40,183 nt of DNA from an uncultured Nitrospirota bacterium (GCA_964606955.1 CAZSHZ010000170.1:1-40183), one strand, 5' to 3'; positions 25,054 to 34,644 are shown, counted from the first letter of the stretch. The notes: generated from the sequence alone by a model not told the origin. Numbers and translations are program-made.

Positions 25054-26918
25054 ACGGCGCACCGCGCCCGAGGATCGGGCTGATCGCCGGGGGTGGGCGA
25101 TTCCCCCTCCTGGTCGCTCAGAGCGCGCGCAAAAAGGGGTACTACGTTGTCGTCGCCGCGCACCTCGGGGAGACCGAGCCGAAGATCGAGTCGCTTGCCG
25201 ATGAGACGCATTGGTTGAGACTTGGTCAGATCAACCGCCTGATCAAAATACTGAAGAAGGCAGGGGTGGAAAATGCCGTTCTGGTCGGGGGCGTGAAAAA
25301 GGCGAAGATCTTCTCCGTCCGTCCCGATCTCCGCTCGCTCTCCATCCTGACCCGCCTTGTCGGGCGGGAGGACGACACCCTGTTGCGCGCCTTCGCCTCC
25401 GAATTGGAGCAGGAGGGGATCAGCGTGGTCTCCCCGACTCTTTACCTAGAGGACCTTTTGGCGGAGGAGGGGATTCTCGTGGGACGGGTCTTGCGATCGG
25501 AGCGAGAGGACCTCGAATACGGCTTTAGGCTGGCGAAGGAGATCGGCCGGCTTGAGGTTGGCCAGGGGGTCGCCGTCAAGAAAAAGGTCATCCTTGCTGT
25601 TGAAGCGATCGAGGGGACCGACGAGATGATCCGCCGCGCGGGCGCAGTCGGCGGAAGAGGAGCCATCGTTGTTAAGGTCTTAAAGCCGGGCCAGGATGAG
25701 CGCTTCGATCTCCCGGCGGTGGGGCCGGTCACGATAGAGACGATGGCGCGGGCGAAAGCCAGAGTCCTCGGCCTGGAGGCCGGGCGAACCCTCCTTCTGG
25801 ACCGCCAGGAGATGTTTGCCCTTGCCCGCAAGCATGGAATCGCCATCGTCGGGTTGGGGGGATCAGGAGGAGAGCCGGCTAAAAAGATAACGGCGGCGAG
25901 GGAAACGAGGGAGGCGAAGAGGGTTCCCCGAAGAGAGGCCGAGAGGGAGGTGTTCTCCGCTCCCCTGATCAGAGTAGCCGTCGTCGGCGTCGGACATCTC
26001 GGTCAGCACCATGCGCGGATCTACGCAGAGATGGAAGGGGTTGAGCTGGTGGGCGTCGTCGATTCGGACTGGGCGCGCGCCGCAGAGATCGCCGCGAAGC
26101 ACGGCTGCGCGGCCTTTGAACATGTTTCCTCCCTCCCCTCGATCGACGCGGCGAGCGTGGCCGTTCCGACCTCCGATCACCATGCAGTCGGCGCCTACCT
26201 CTTGGACCGCGGGGCGGACCTGCTGATCGAGAAACCGGTGACCCGCACGGTCGAGGAGGCGGACGATCTGATTGCCCGTGCGGCGCGCACTGGGAGGATT
26301 ATTCAGGTCGGCCATGTCGAGCGGTTCAACCGCGCGACGAGAAAACTCCTTGAGACCGCCCAGGAGGTCCGGTTCATCGAATGTCACAGAATGGCCCCCT
26401 TCGCGGAGCGGGGGACCGACGTCCATGTCGTACTCGATCTGATGATCCATGATCTTGATCTGATCCTTGCGCTGGTCCGCTCTCCGGTGGTTGAGGTACG
26501 GGCGGTCGGAGTGCCGGTCCTCTCGCAGCGGTTTGACATCGCCTCCGCGCGGGTCGCCTTCGCCTCCGGGTGCGTGGCGAACGTCACCGCAAGTCGCGTC
26601 TCGCTTGAGCGCAAAAGGAAATTCAGGATCTTTCAGCGGGACACTTACATCTCTCTCGACTTTCTCGCCCACGAGCTTCTGATCTGCCGGCGCAAAAAAG
26701 GGGAGGACGGGAGGATGGCGATCGTTCCGGAGCGGCTGGTGGTCGAGCGCGAAGAGCCGCTCGCGGCGGAGCTCTCCTCGTTCGTCCATGCCGTCCGTTT
26801 CCGAAAGCGGCCGGAGGTCTCGGCGGAGGATGGGCGCGAGGCGCTCCGGCTTGCTCATGCCATTGTGGAAGAGGCGGAGGAGCAGGCGGCGTCCCTCCTT
26901 CGCGAGGTCCCGGTGTAG
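25050..26918 (+). CDS. lpxI: Fusion protein: LpxI-like UDP-2,3-diacylglucosamine hydrolase (DUF1009) plus a Gfo/Idh/MocA NAD(P)-dependent oxidoreductase
   Basis: The first ~270 residues carry IGLIAGGGRFPLLVA...VAVKKKVILAVEAIEGTDEMIRRA...KPGQDERFDLPAVGPVTIETM (LpxI signature). A charged linker follows (GGSGGEPAKKITAARETREAKRVPRREAERE). Then comes a Rossmann motif IRVAVVGVGHLGQHHARIY...LIEKPV...QVGHVERFN (Gfo/Idh/MocA). Confidence 0.85.
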   Translation: MNGAPRPRIGLIAGGGRFPLLVAQSARKKGYYVVVAAHLGETEPKIESLADETHWLRLGQINRLIKILKKAGVENAVLVGGVKKAKIFSVRPDLRSLSILTRLVGREDDTLLRAFASELEQEGISVVSPTLYLEDLLAEEGILVGRVLRSEREDLEYGFRLAKEIGRLEVGQGVAVKKKVILAVEAIEGTDEMIRRAGAVGGRGAIVVKVLKPGQDERFDLPAVGPVTIETMARAKARVLGLEAGRTLLLDRQEMFALARKHGIAIVGLGGSGGEPAKKITAARETREAKRVPRREAEREVFSAPLIRVAVVGVGHLGQHHARIYAEMEGVELVGVVDSDWARAAEIAAKHGCAAFEHVSSLPSIDAASVAVPTSDHHAVGAYLLDRGADLLIEKPVTRTVEEADDLIARAARTGRIIQVGHVERFNRATRKLLETAQEVRFIECHRMAPFAERGTDVHVVLDLMIHDLDLILALVRSPVVEVRAVGVPVLSQRFDIASARVAFASGCVANVTASRVSLERKRKFRIFQRDTYISLDFLAHELLICRRKKGEDGRMAIVPERLVVEREEPLAAELSSFVHAVRFRKRPEVSAEDGREALRLAHAIVEEAEEQAASLLREVPV

Positions 26919-26923
26919 CGTCT

Positions 26924-28039
26924 ATGGGGGGGATCTTTCTGGTGGCAGGGGAGCCCTCCGGCGACCTCCACGGGAGCGCGCTAGTCCAAGCCCTGAAAGA
27001 AGAGAATCCGCGGGCCGAGATCTTTGCCATCGGAGGGGCCCGGATGGCCGGCGCCGGTGCCGAGATCCTCTATCCTTCCGATCGCCTCAGCGTCGTCGGC
27101 CTCGTGGAGGTCGCCGGCGCGTTGCCGGCGATCTTCGGCGCGTGGCGGACCGCGACGGCCGCCCTTCGAAGACGCCGGCCGGACGTTTTCGTTCCGATCG
27201 ACTACCCCGGTTTCAATCTCCGCCTCGCTGCTTTCGCCGCGCGCCGAGGCGTCCCCGTGGTCTACTACATCGCTCCCCAACTCTGGGCCTGGAGGAGGGG
27301 TCGGATTAAGCGTATGAGAAAGTCGGTCAGGCGGATTCTGGCCATCCTCCCCTTTGAAGAAGAATTTTTCCGGTCCGCCGGAATCGCCGCCGATTTCGTA
27401 GGGCACCCGCTGTTGGAACGGCCGATAAACAATCGGCCCGATCGGACCCTTTTTCTTCAATCGATCGGCCTCTCTTTAGATCTCCCGGTGGTCGCCCTTC
27501 TTCCCGGAAGCCGGCCGCAGGAGATCCGGCGGCATCTCCCTCTGATGCGGCGCGCGATGGAGTTGATCCTAAAAGAGAGAAAGGCCCAGTCCGTGATCGC
27601 GGCGCTCTCCTCCATAGCAGATGACGTGTATGCCGGCGACCCGACGACGGTCCGGGTCGTCGACCGAACGGCCGCGCTCCTTTCGGTCGCCGATGTCGCG
27701 CTGGTCGCCTCCGGGACGGCGACCCTCGAGGCGGCGCTCGCCGGCACGCCGATGGTAATCGTCTATCGGGTCGCTTGGCCGACGTACTGGGCGGCGCGCT
27801 CTGTCGTCACCGTCCCCTACATCGGGCTGATCAATCTGATCGCGGGGAAGGGGATCGTCCCGGAACTCCTTCAAAACGAGGCGACCCCTGAGGCGATCGC
27901 GAAAGAGGCGCTCCGTCTCTTTCTGACGACACAGAGAGACGAGATGAAGCGGGAGATGGGGGCGGCGGTCGCACGCCTCGCCGGGAACGCCGGGGCATCC
28001 CGACGCGCCGCCCGCCTGATCCTGTCGGAGATTGAATGA
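26924..28039 (+). CDS. lpxB: Lipid-A-disaccharide synthase
   Basis: IFLVAGEPSGDLHGSALV N-terminus, VDYPGFNLRLA-type motif (IDYPGFNLRLAA), and ...ASGTATLEAAL... Confidence 0.94.
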   Translation: MGGIFLVAGEPSGDLHGSALVQALKEENPRAEIFAIGGARMAGAGAEILYPSDRLSVVGLVEVAGALPAIFGAWRTATAALRRRRPDVFVPIDYPGFNLRLAAFAARRGVPVVYYIAPQLWAWRRGRIKRMRKSVRRILAILPFEEEFFRSAGIAADFVGHPLLERPINNRPDRTLFLQSIGLSLDLPVVALLPGSRPQEIRRHLPLMRRAMELILKERKAQSVIAALSSIADDVYAGDPTTVRVVDRTAALLSVADVALVASGTATLEAALAGTPMVIVYRVAWPTYWAARSVVTVPYIGLINLIAGKGIVPELLQNEATPEAIAKEALRLFLTTQRDEMKREMGAAVARLAGNAGASRRAARLILSEIE

Positions 28040-29829
28040 TACACATCTATCGCCGATTGATCCGCTATACCCGCCCCTATCTGCTGCAGATCTTGGCCGC
28101 TATTCTCTGCGCCGCCGGTTTCGCCGCGATGACCGCCCTCCTCATGTCTCTGATCAAGCCGACGATCGATGAGATGTTCATCCGGGGAGACCGGCGGATG
28201 CTGTTTGTCATCCCCTTTTCGATCATCGGGGCGATGACGCTCCGTGGGCTCTTCGGCTACGCGCAGGCGTACCTGACGCGCTATGTGGGAAACCGGATTG
28301 TCACCGATCTGCGCGGGCGTCTGTACCGGCATACCCTTCTTCTTCCGGTCGGATTTCATCAGAGGCAGACGACGGGTGCCCTCATTTCACACATCGTGAA
28401 TGATGTCTCCCTGCTGCAGGGGGCGGTCTCCTCGGCGGCCAAGGATCTCGTTCAGCAGAGTTTTACCCTCCTCGCGCTGATCGCGCTGATGTTCTATCTT
28501 TCGTGGGGTCTTGCCCTGGTGGCCCTCTTTGTCCTTCCGCTCGGTTACCTTCCGCTCTCTAGGCTGGGCCGTCGCCTCCGACGCATCTCCCGCACCGGGC
28601 AGGAGCAGATGGGAGATCTGACGAGCATCCTGCAGCAGACGCTTTCGGGGGTTCGGACCGTAAAGGCCTTCGGCCGCGAGGAGTTTGAGAGCGGGCGATT
28701 CGACGCCGCCAACCGGATTTATTTTAAAAACCTGATGCGCGGGGTTCATGTCACCGAGATGGCCACGCCCATTCTGGAGACCCTTGCGAGCCTCGCCATC
28801 GCGGCGGTGATCGGGTTTGGCGGCTATCACGTCATTGTGCTGGGGGGGAGCACGCCGGGGACCTTCCTCTCCTTTTTTGCGACCGTCTGGATGATGTATC
28901 CCCCGCTGAAAGGCCTCTCCGGCGTTTACAGCCTTCTGCAGCAGGCGAGCGCGGCGGCCGATCGGGTCTTCGCAACGCTCGATACGCTCAACGAAGAGCA
29001 GCAGGAGGCCGGGAAGGAGCCGTTTCGTTCGGTGCGCGGCGAGATCCTCTTCGACCGGGTCTCCTTTCACTATCGTCCCGCCCAGAGGGTCTTGGAGGAG
29101 GTCCGTTTCCATGTAAAGCCGGGAGATCTCGTCGCGATCGTTGGCTCCTCCGGAAGCGGAAAGAGCACCCTCGTGAACCTGATCCCGAGATTCTTTGATC
29201 CCGACTCCGGACGGATTCTCCTGGACGGCATCGATCTGCGCGAACGCTCCCTCTCCTCGCTCCGCGAGCAGATCGGCATTGTGAGCCAGGAGGTGATCCT
29301 TTTCGACGATACGGTCCGGGCCAACATCGCCTACGGTCGGAGGGAGATCCCGCTCTCTCGCGTGGAGGAGGCGGCGCAGGCAGCCTACGCAGATATCTTC
29401 ATCAACAAGATGCCGGAAGGGTTTCTCACCCGGATCGGAGAAGGGGGGAAGACCCTGTCCGGCGGGGAGCGCCAGCGGATCGCCATTGCCCGGGCGATCC
29501 TGAAAGATCCTCCGATCCTGATCCTGGACGAAGCGACAAGCGCACTCGATTCTGAGTCGGAGTATGTGGTTCGCAAGGCGCTCGGCAACTTGATGAGAAA
29601 CCGCACAACGTTTGTGATCGCCCACCGCCTCTCGACAATCCTCCATGCGGACCGGATCCTCCTGTTGGACCAGGGGAGAATCGTCGAGGAGGGGAAGCAT
29701 GCGGAGCTGCTCCATCGGAACGGTCTCTATCGCAGGCTCTATGAGATGCAGTTTTCGACCCCGAAGGTTCAGGAGGGGGTCCCCGGCGGCTTGGCCGCTG
29801 GGGCGGAGCCTTCTGGGGCCCAGGATTAA
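28036..29829 (+). CDS. msbA: Lipid A export ABC transporter (permease/ATPase) MsbA
   Basis: Six-TM ABC exporter domain, Walker A GSSGSGKST, signature LSGGERQRIAIARA, Walker B ILILDEATSALD. Lies between lpxB and waaA. The C-terminal tail (about 24 aa) is encoded by repeat copy D. Confidence 0.92.
   Translation: MIHIYRRLIRYTRPYLLQILAAILCAAGFAAMTALLMSLIKPTIDEMFIRGDRRMLFVIPFSIIGAMTLRGLFGYAQAYLTRYVGNRIVTDLRGRLYRHTLLLPVGFHQRQTTGALISHIVNDVSLLQGAVSSAAKDLVQQSFTLLALIALMFYLSWGLALVALFVLPLGYLPLSRLGRRLRRISRTGQEQMGDLTSILQQTLSGVRTVKAFGREEFESGRFDAANRIYFKNLMRGVHVTEMATPILETLASLAIAAVIGFGGYHVIVLGGSTPGTFLSFFATVWMMYPPLKGLSGVYSLLQQASAAADRVFATLDTLNEEQQEAGKEPFRSVRGEILFDRVSFHYRPAQRVLEEVRFHVKPGDLVAIVGSSGSGKSTLVNLIPRFFDPDSGRILLDGIDLRERSLSSLREQIGIVSQEVILFDDTVRANIAYGRREIPLSRVEEAAQAAYADIFINKMPEGFLTRIGEGGKTLSGGERQRIAIARAILKDPPILILDEATSALDSESEYVVRKALGNLMRNRTTFVIAHRLSTILHADRILLLDQGRIVEEGKHAELLHRNGLYRRLYEMQFSTPKVQEGVPGGLAAGAEPSGAQD
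29775..29803 (+). repeat. Repeat copy D, embedded in frame in the last codons of msbA
   Basis: GGGGGT, then stem CCCCGGCGGC (29781-29790), loop TTG, stem GCCGCTGGGG (29794-29803). The single mismatch would be a G-U pair in RNA. Confidence 0.7.
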
Positions 29830-29830
29830 T

Positions 29831-31111
29831 ATGTGGATCTATAACCTCTCCCTCTTTCTGGCGTCCCCCTTTCTGCTTCTACTGCTTTTGGTGCGTCTCC
29901 TGGGCGACCCGGCCTACCGCCGAGGCCTTTCCGAGCGGCTCGGCCGTGTCCCGGAGCAGCTAACCGGCGGCGAGCCGATCTGGATCCATGCCGTATCCGT
30001 TGGAGAGGTACGCGCGGCGGCGCCGCTGATCCGAGCGCTCAAGGAGCGGATCCCCGGCGCCAAGGTTGTCCTATCGACCGTGACGGCGACGGGGAGAGGG
30101 GTGGCCGGGACGCTGATCCCGGAGGCGGACGCCCTTTTTTACCTCCCCTTTGATCTTCCCGGCATCCCCCGCCGGGTCGTCCGGAAAATCCGCCCGCGGG
30201 CGGTCATCCTGGTGGAGACCGAACTCTGGCCGAACCTCATGGCGGCGCTCGCGGCCGAGCGGATCCCGCTGATCCTCGTCAACGGCCGGATCTCCGAGCG
30301 TTCCTTCCCGCGATATCTCCGCTTCTCCTTTTTCTTCCGCAGGCTGATTGCGAAGTTCGATCTTTGCCTGATGCAGAGCGATCGGGATCTCTCGCGGATC
30401 GTGGCTCTTGGCGCCGATCCGGCGCGCTGCCGCAGAACGGGGAATATGAAACTCGATGACGCTGTGCGCCTGGCAAACGGCCGCGGGCGCGAGAGCGCCC
30501 ATCTCCTCCTTAGGCTCCCATCCTCCGGCGACCCGGAGCCCCTCCGGTTGATCGTCGCGGGGAGTACGCATCCGGGGGAGGAGGAGATCGTTCTCTTGGC
30601 CTTCCGCGCGCTCGAGCCTAAGAAGAGGAGGCTTGTCCTCCTCCTTGCCCCGCGCCACCCGAATCGGTTCGACGAGGTGGCGCGAACGATCGCCTCCCTT
30701 GGGTTTCCGCTCCATAGGAGAAGCCTGCTTGCCGGGGATCGGATCGTCCCGGGGGCGGTGATCCTCCTCGACACGCTTGGAGAGCTTGCGGGTCTTTATC
30801 CCGCCGCGGATGCCGTCTTTATCGGCGGGACGTTTCGACCGATCGGCGGGCACAGCCTTGCGGAGCCGGCCGCCGCCGGAAAGGTCATCCTGTACGGTCC
30901 CCATATCGAAAATTTCGAGGAGATCGCGCGGGAGCTCGAGCATCGCGGATGCGCCGTCCGGGTCCCCTCTCCTGAACTTCTGGCCGAGGCCTTAAAGAAG
31001 GTATTGGATGATCCCCTTCTTGCCGCAAAAGGAGAGGAAGGGGTCCGATTCGTGCGGGAGCATGCGGGGGCCGTGCGCGAGAATGTCCGGGAAATTTTAA
31101 ACGTTCTATGA
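29831..31111 (+). CDS. waaA: 3-deoxy-D-manno-octulosonic acid (Kdo) transferase
   Basis: The ATG at 29831 is 1 nt after the msbA stop. N-terminal anchor MWIYNLSLFLASPFLLLLLL, then WIHAVSVGE and ...FIGGTF...GGHSLAEPAA. Confidence 0.93.
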   Translation: MWIYNLSLFLASPFLLLLLLVRLLGDPAYRRGLSERLGRVPEQLTGGEPIWIHAVSVGEVRAAAPLIRALKERIPGAKVVLSTVTATGRGVAGTLIPEADALFYLPFDLPGIPRRVVRKIRPRAVILVETELWPNLMAALAAERIPLILVNGRISERSFPRYLRFSFFFRRLIAKFDLCLMQSDRDLSRIVALGADPARCRRTGNMKLDDAVRLANGRGRESAHLLLRLPSSGDPEPLRLIVAGSTHPGEEEIVLLAFRALEPKKRRLVLLLAPRHPNRFDEVARTIASLGFPLHRRSLLAGDRIVPGAVILLDTLGELAGLYPAADAVFIGGTFRPIGGHSLAEPAAAGKVILYGPHIENFEEIARELEHRGCAVRVPSPELLAEALKKVLDDPLLAAKGEEGVRFVREHAGAVRENVREILNVL

Positions 31112-32133
31112 GAAGTCTTGCCGAGCGATTCCGTCTCCTTCTCGCGCCGCTCTCTTTTGCATTCGGCTGGTGCATGCAGAGGCGGATTGATCTTTACCGG
31201 GTCGGGATCCTGCGCGCCGTTCGGTATCCCTGCCGGGTGATCAGCATCGGCAATCTGACGCTCGGTGGCACCGGGAAGACCCCGACGGTCCTGAGCCTGG
31301 CCAAAGGTTTTCTCGCTCGTGGGGAACGCGTCTGCGTGGTGACGCGCGGGTATCGGCGGAACAGCCGGGGCCTCGTCGTTGTGTCGGACCAGCGCGACCT
31401 CTTGACCGATGTGAAGAGCGCCGGCGATGAGGCCGCATTCATCGCGCGCCAGGCGAAAGGATGTCCCGTGATCGCTTCCGCCGACCGGCAAAAGGGGATT
31501 GAGGCGGCGCTCCGACTCTTCGATGCCGGCGTGGTCCTTCTCGATGACGGATTCCAGCACCTTGCGGTCGAGCGCGATCTCGACATCGTGCTGATCGATT
31601 CCACCGATCCCTTCGGCAATGGTCTCGTATTTCCCGGAGGGCGGCTGCGCGAGCCGCTCCGGAATATCGCCCGCGCCGGCGCGATCCTCTTTACCCGCGC
31701 CGACCAGTCGGATCCCTTTCCGCTGATCCGACAGATGGCAAAGATCGCCGGGTCGATCCCCATCTTCTATTCCTCCTTTACGCCTCGCGCCCTACTCCAC
31801 GTCGGCAACGGGGGGGAGCGTCCTCCCTCCGAGCTCAAAGGGAAGCGGGTCTTCCTCTTTTCCGGTATCGGGAATCCCCGATCCTTTCGAAAGACGGTTG
31901 AAGGCCTCGGGGCGGAGATTCTCGGCGAGAAGATCTTCCGCGATCATTTCGATTATCCCGCAGGATGGGAGCACTCCCTCCCCTCGATCGCGACGGACGC
32001 CGACCTCCTCCTGACGACGGAGAAGGACGGGATCAAAATCGGACCGAGCCCGGATGTCTGGATGCTCGCGATCGAACTCTCTCGGATTGAAGATCGAAGA
32101 CTCTGGGAGGAGAAGGTCTACGGCCTCCGGTAA
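31108..32133 (+). CDS. lpxK: Tetraacyldisaccharide 4'-kinase
   Basis: P-loop IGNLTLGGTGKTP and DDGFQH motif. ATGA overlap with waaA. Confidence 0.94.
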   Translation: MRSLAERFRLLLAPLSFAFGWCMQRRIDLYRVGILRAVRYPCRVISIGNLTLGGTGKTPTVLSLAKGFLARGERVCVVTRGYRRNSRGLVVVSDQRDLLTDVKSAGDEAAFIARQAKGCPVIASADRQKGIEAALRLFDAGVVLLDDGFQHLAVERDLDIVLIDSTDPFGNGLVFPGGRLREPLRNIARAGAILFTRADQSDPFPLIRQMAKIAGSIPIFYSSFTPRALLHVGNGGERPPSELKGKRVFLFSGIGNPRSFRKTVEGLGAEILGEKIFRDHFDYPAGWEHSLPSIATDADLLLTTEKDGIKIGPSPDVWMLAIELSRIEDRRLWEEKVYGLR

Positions 32134-32134
32134 G

Positions 32135-33007
32135 TTGAAGATCGCCGGCGAGACGGTCGGCCTCATCCTCCTTCTTGCGCTGATACGCCTTCTCCCCTTT
32201 TCGTGGGCGAGACGGATCGGCGAGGGTTTGGGCCTTCTTGTACATCGTATCGATCGAAAGCACCGGAGGATTGTGATCGAGAATCTTTCAGCCGCGTTCA
32301 GAGGGGAGGATTCACGACGAATCGCCCAACTGGCGAGGAACTCTTATAAGCATCTCGGTTATTCGTTTGTCGAATATCTCCAGGTCGCCGGGCTGAAAGA
32401 TTTTCTTCCGCCGTGCGAGATCGAAGGGGTGGAGCGGATTCGACGCTCCCTCTCCGCCGGCAGAGGGGTGATCCTTGTTGGCGCCCACTGCGGAAATTGG
32501 GAACTGATCCCGAAATTCTGCGTTCTCTCCGGAATCAGTGTTGCGGCGGTCGGCCGGAAAATCGACAACCCCTTTCTTCATCGTCTTGTGAATCGCGAGC
32601 GTCGCGAAGGGGGCAATCGCGTCATCGAAAAACGAGGGGGGTTCGCGACCGCCCAGGAGATCCTCAGGAAGGGGGAGGTGGTCGGGGTTGTTCTGGATCA
32701 GAACGTCTCGGGGAAGGGGGGCGTCTTTGTCGAGTTCTTCGGCCGTCCCGCCTCGACGACCCGAGCCGCCGCCCTCCTTGCGCTGAAGAGCGGCGCGGCG
32801 GTCCATTCCGTTTTTATTCACCGGAACAGCGACGGCACGCACCGCCTCACCTTCTCGGAGGAGATCCCGTTGACCCGAACGGGGGATCTCAAGAGGGATG
32901 TCCTCGAGAATACGCAGCGTTTCACGGAATATGTCGAAGGTGCGATCCGCAGTCATCCGGAACAGTGGCTCTGGATGCACAAAAGATGGAAGACTCAACC
33001 GAATTGA
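32135..33007 (+). CDS. lpxL: Lipid A biosynthesis (Kdo)2-lipid IVA late acyltransferase (LpxL/HtrB family)
   Basis: N-terminal anchor, catalytic HX4E motif GAHCGNWEL, ...LDQN..., and C-terminal PEQWLWMHKRWK. TTG at 32135 is the first start after the lpxK stop. Confidence 0.82.
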   Translation: MKIAGETVGLILLLALIRLLPFSWARRIGEGLGLLVHRIDRKHRRIVIENLSAAFRGEDSRRIAQLARNSYKHLGYSFVEYLQVAGLKDFLPPCEIEGVERIRRSLSAGRGVILVGAHCGNWELIPKFCVLSGISVAAVGRKIDNPFLHRLVNRERREGGNRVIEKRGGFATAQEILRKGEVVGVVLDQNVSGKGGVFVEFFGRPASTTRAAALLALKSGAAVHSVFIHRNSDGTHRLTFSEEIPLTRTGDLKRDVLENTQRFTEYVEGAIRSHPEQWLWMHKRWKTQPN

Positions 33008-33015
33008 ATCTGAAG

Positions 33016-34644
33016 ATGATCCGCCGGCTTTTGGTCTGGGCTCCGAACTGGGTAGGGGACGCGGTGATGGCCGCCCCTGCGATCGACGCAATCGCGCGGC
33101 GGATACCGGATGCCCGGATCTCCCTTTTGGTGCGGCGGCCGGTCAGCGATCTTTTTATGCGCCACCTTCGGATCGACCGGATTCTCCTTTACGATCCGAC
33201 AGGGAGGCACGGCGGCCTCGGCTCTTTTCGGTTGGTCCTCGACGTTCGAAAAGAGCGATTTGACGCAGCGCTTCTTCTCCCAAACTCATTTCGCGCGGCG
33301 GCGATCTCTGCGGCGGCCGGCATTCCGAACCGGTGGGGGTACGGCACGGACGGACGAAGCCTCCTGTTGACCCGGCCGGTTCCGCCCCCCTTGCGGCGGC
33401 CTCACCAGGTCGTTTACTACAAAAATCTGGTGGATGTCCTGGTCCCGGAGCGCGGCCCATCGGCGGAGGTCCCTCCGGCTCCCTCTCTTCTGCTGGGGGA
33501 GGATGAAGCGGCAGAGGGACTGGCTCTCCTGACGAAAAAAGGGGTGCGGCTTCCGGTCATCGGCATGCACCTCGGGGCCGCTTATGGATCGGCCAAGCGA
33601 TGGAGCCCGAAACGATTCGGCGAGGCCGCTCGACGTCTTTCAAGCGCCGGATTCTCCATCGTCTTTTTCGGCGGCCCGGAGGATCGGCCTCTTGCTGAAG
33701 AAGCCGCGGCATCGGCCGGCTCCGGCATCTCCACGATTTTCGCCGGCGAGATTGATCTGAGAGGGGCGATGGCCGTCATCCATCACTGCGCGGTATTTCT
33801 CTCGAACGATTCCGGGCCGATGCATGTCGCGGCCGCTTTGCGGCGTCCGGTCGTCGCGATCTTCGGTCCCACCAATCCCCAAATCACCTCTCCGGTCGGC
33901 GATACGACCGTCATCATCCGCCGTCCCGTCCCCTGCTCTCCCTGCATGTTTCGCGATTGCCCGATCGACCACCCCTGTATGGAGCAGATCACGGTTGAGG
34001 AGGTGGTCGGGGCGGTGCTCCGGTCGGCGGGTCTGCCGCAGCATATGATTGCGCGCCGGTCTTTAACGGCGCGACCTCGGGGTCGGCGGGCGGTCTTCGT
34101 CGATCGGGACGGGACGATCAACCGGGAGGTTGGTCATGTGGACAGCCCGGAGAAGATCGATCTCTTGCCGGGTGCTTCAGAGGCGATCGCCGCACTCAGG
34201 GGGGCTGGTTTTCTGGTGATCATGACCACGAATCAGTCCGGGGTTGCCCGGGGCCTCTTCTCGGAGGAGATCCTTTCGGCGGTCAATGCAAGGGTGGCCG
34301 GACTTCTGGCCGAGCAGGGGGCCGCGCTCGACGCAATCTACTACTGCCCCCATCTTCCCGACGCGCTTTGCGGTTGCCGCAAGCCCGCTCCCGGGATGCT
34401 CGATCGAGCCGTCGGCGATTTGGGCGTCGATCTTTCGAGATCTTTTGTGGTGGGAGACAAGGTGGTTGATCTAAAATTGGCGCTCAACGCCGGGGCGCAG
34501 GGAATCCTCGTGAAGACCGGCTACGGCCGGCGGGCCGTCGCCGAGAGAGAAAGGGAGGTGGCGGCTGCGAATCCCCGGTTTATCGCGGAGGACCTCCTGG
34601 CGGCCGCCCGCTTTATTCTTCGACAAAAAGAGGAGGGACGATGA
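33016..34644 (+). CDS. waaF: Fusion protein: ADP-heptose:LPS heptosyltransferase II-like (GT9) plus D-glycero-D-manno-heptose-1,7-bisphosphate 7-phosphatase (HAD)
   Basis: The GT9 N-terminus [23 protein letters not shown] resembles WaaF, with ...[12 protein letters not shown].... From about residue 355 there is a HAD DxDxT motif [10 protein letters not shown] plus TNQSGVARG and the Zn-site [18 protein letters not shown] of GmhB. The first 201 codons of the track ORF overlap lpxL and were discarded. Confidence 0.88.
   Translation: MIRRLLVWAPNWVGDAVMAAPAIDAIARRIPDARISLLVRRPVSDLFMRHLRIDRILLYDPTGRHGGLGSFRLVLDVRKERFDAALLLPNSFRAAAISAAAGIPNRWGYGTDGRSLLLTRPVPPPLRRPHQVVYYKNLVDVLVPERGPSAEVPPAPSLLLGEDEAAEGLALLTKKGVRLPVIGMHLGAAYGSAKRWSPKRFGEAARRLSSAGFSIVFFGGPEDRPLAEEAAASAGSGISTIFAGEIDLRGAMAVIHHCAVFLSNDSGPMHVAAALRRPVVAIFGPTNPQITSPVGDTTVIIRRPVPCSPCMFRDCPIDHPCMEQITVEEVVGAVLRSAGLPQHMIARRSLTARPRGRRAVFVDRDGTINREVGHVDSPEKIDLLPGASEAIAALRGAGFLVIMTTNQSGVARGLFSEEILSAVNARVAGLLAEQGAALDAIYYCPHLPDALCGCRKPAPGMLDRAVGDLGVDLSRSFVVGDKVVDLKLALNAGAQGILVKTGYGRRAVAEREREVAAANPRFIAEDLLAAARFILRQKEEGR

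Noticed and set aside
30946-30965. GCGCCGTCCGGGTCCCC inside waaA closely resembles the 5' flank of repeat copy C (GCGCCGTCCGGGGTCCCC).
   Set aside because: No hairpin follows it. The encoded peptide (GCAVRVPSPELLAEAL) sits in a normally conserved part of Kdo transferases, so it is probably coincidental or at most an ancient remnant. A genome-wide model search would settle it.
32413-33015. Long N-terminal extensions in the ORF track. Examples are the first 201 codons of 32413-34644, 29645-29830 before waaA, 24157-24258 before lpxA, 9963-10274 before the PAP2 gene, 35847-36098, 37127-37168 and 38284-38352.
   Set aside because: The extensions overlap the preceding conserved gene in another frame and translate to Arg/Gly/Pro-rich junk. 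Canonical family N-termini begin at internal ATG/GTG/TTG codons placed at, or within 8 nt after, the upstream stop.
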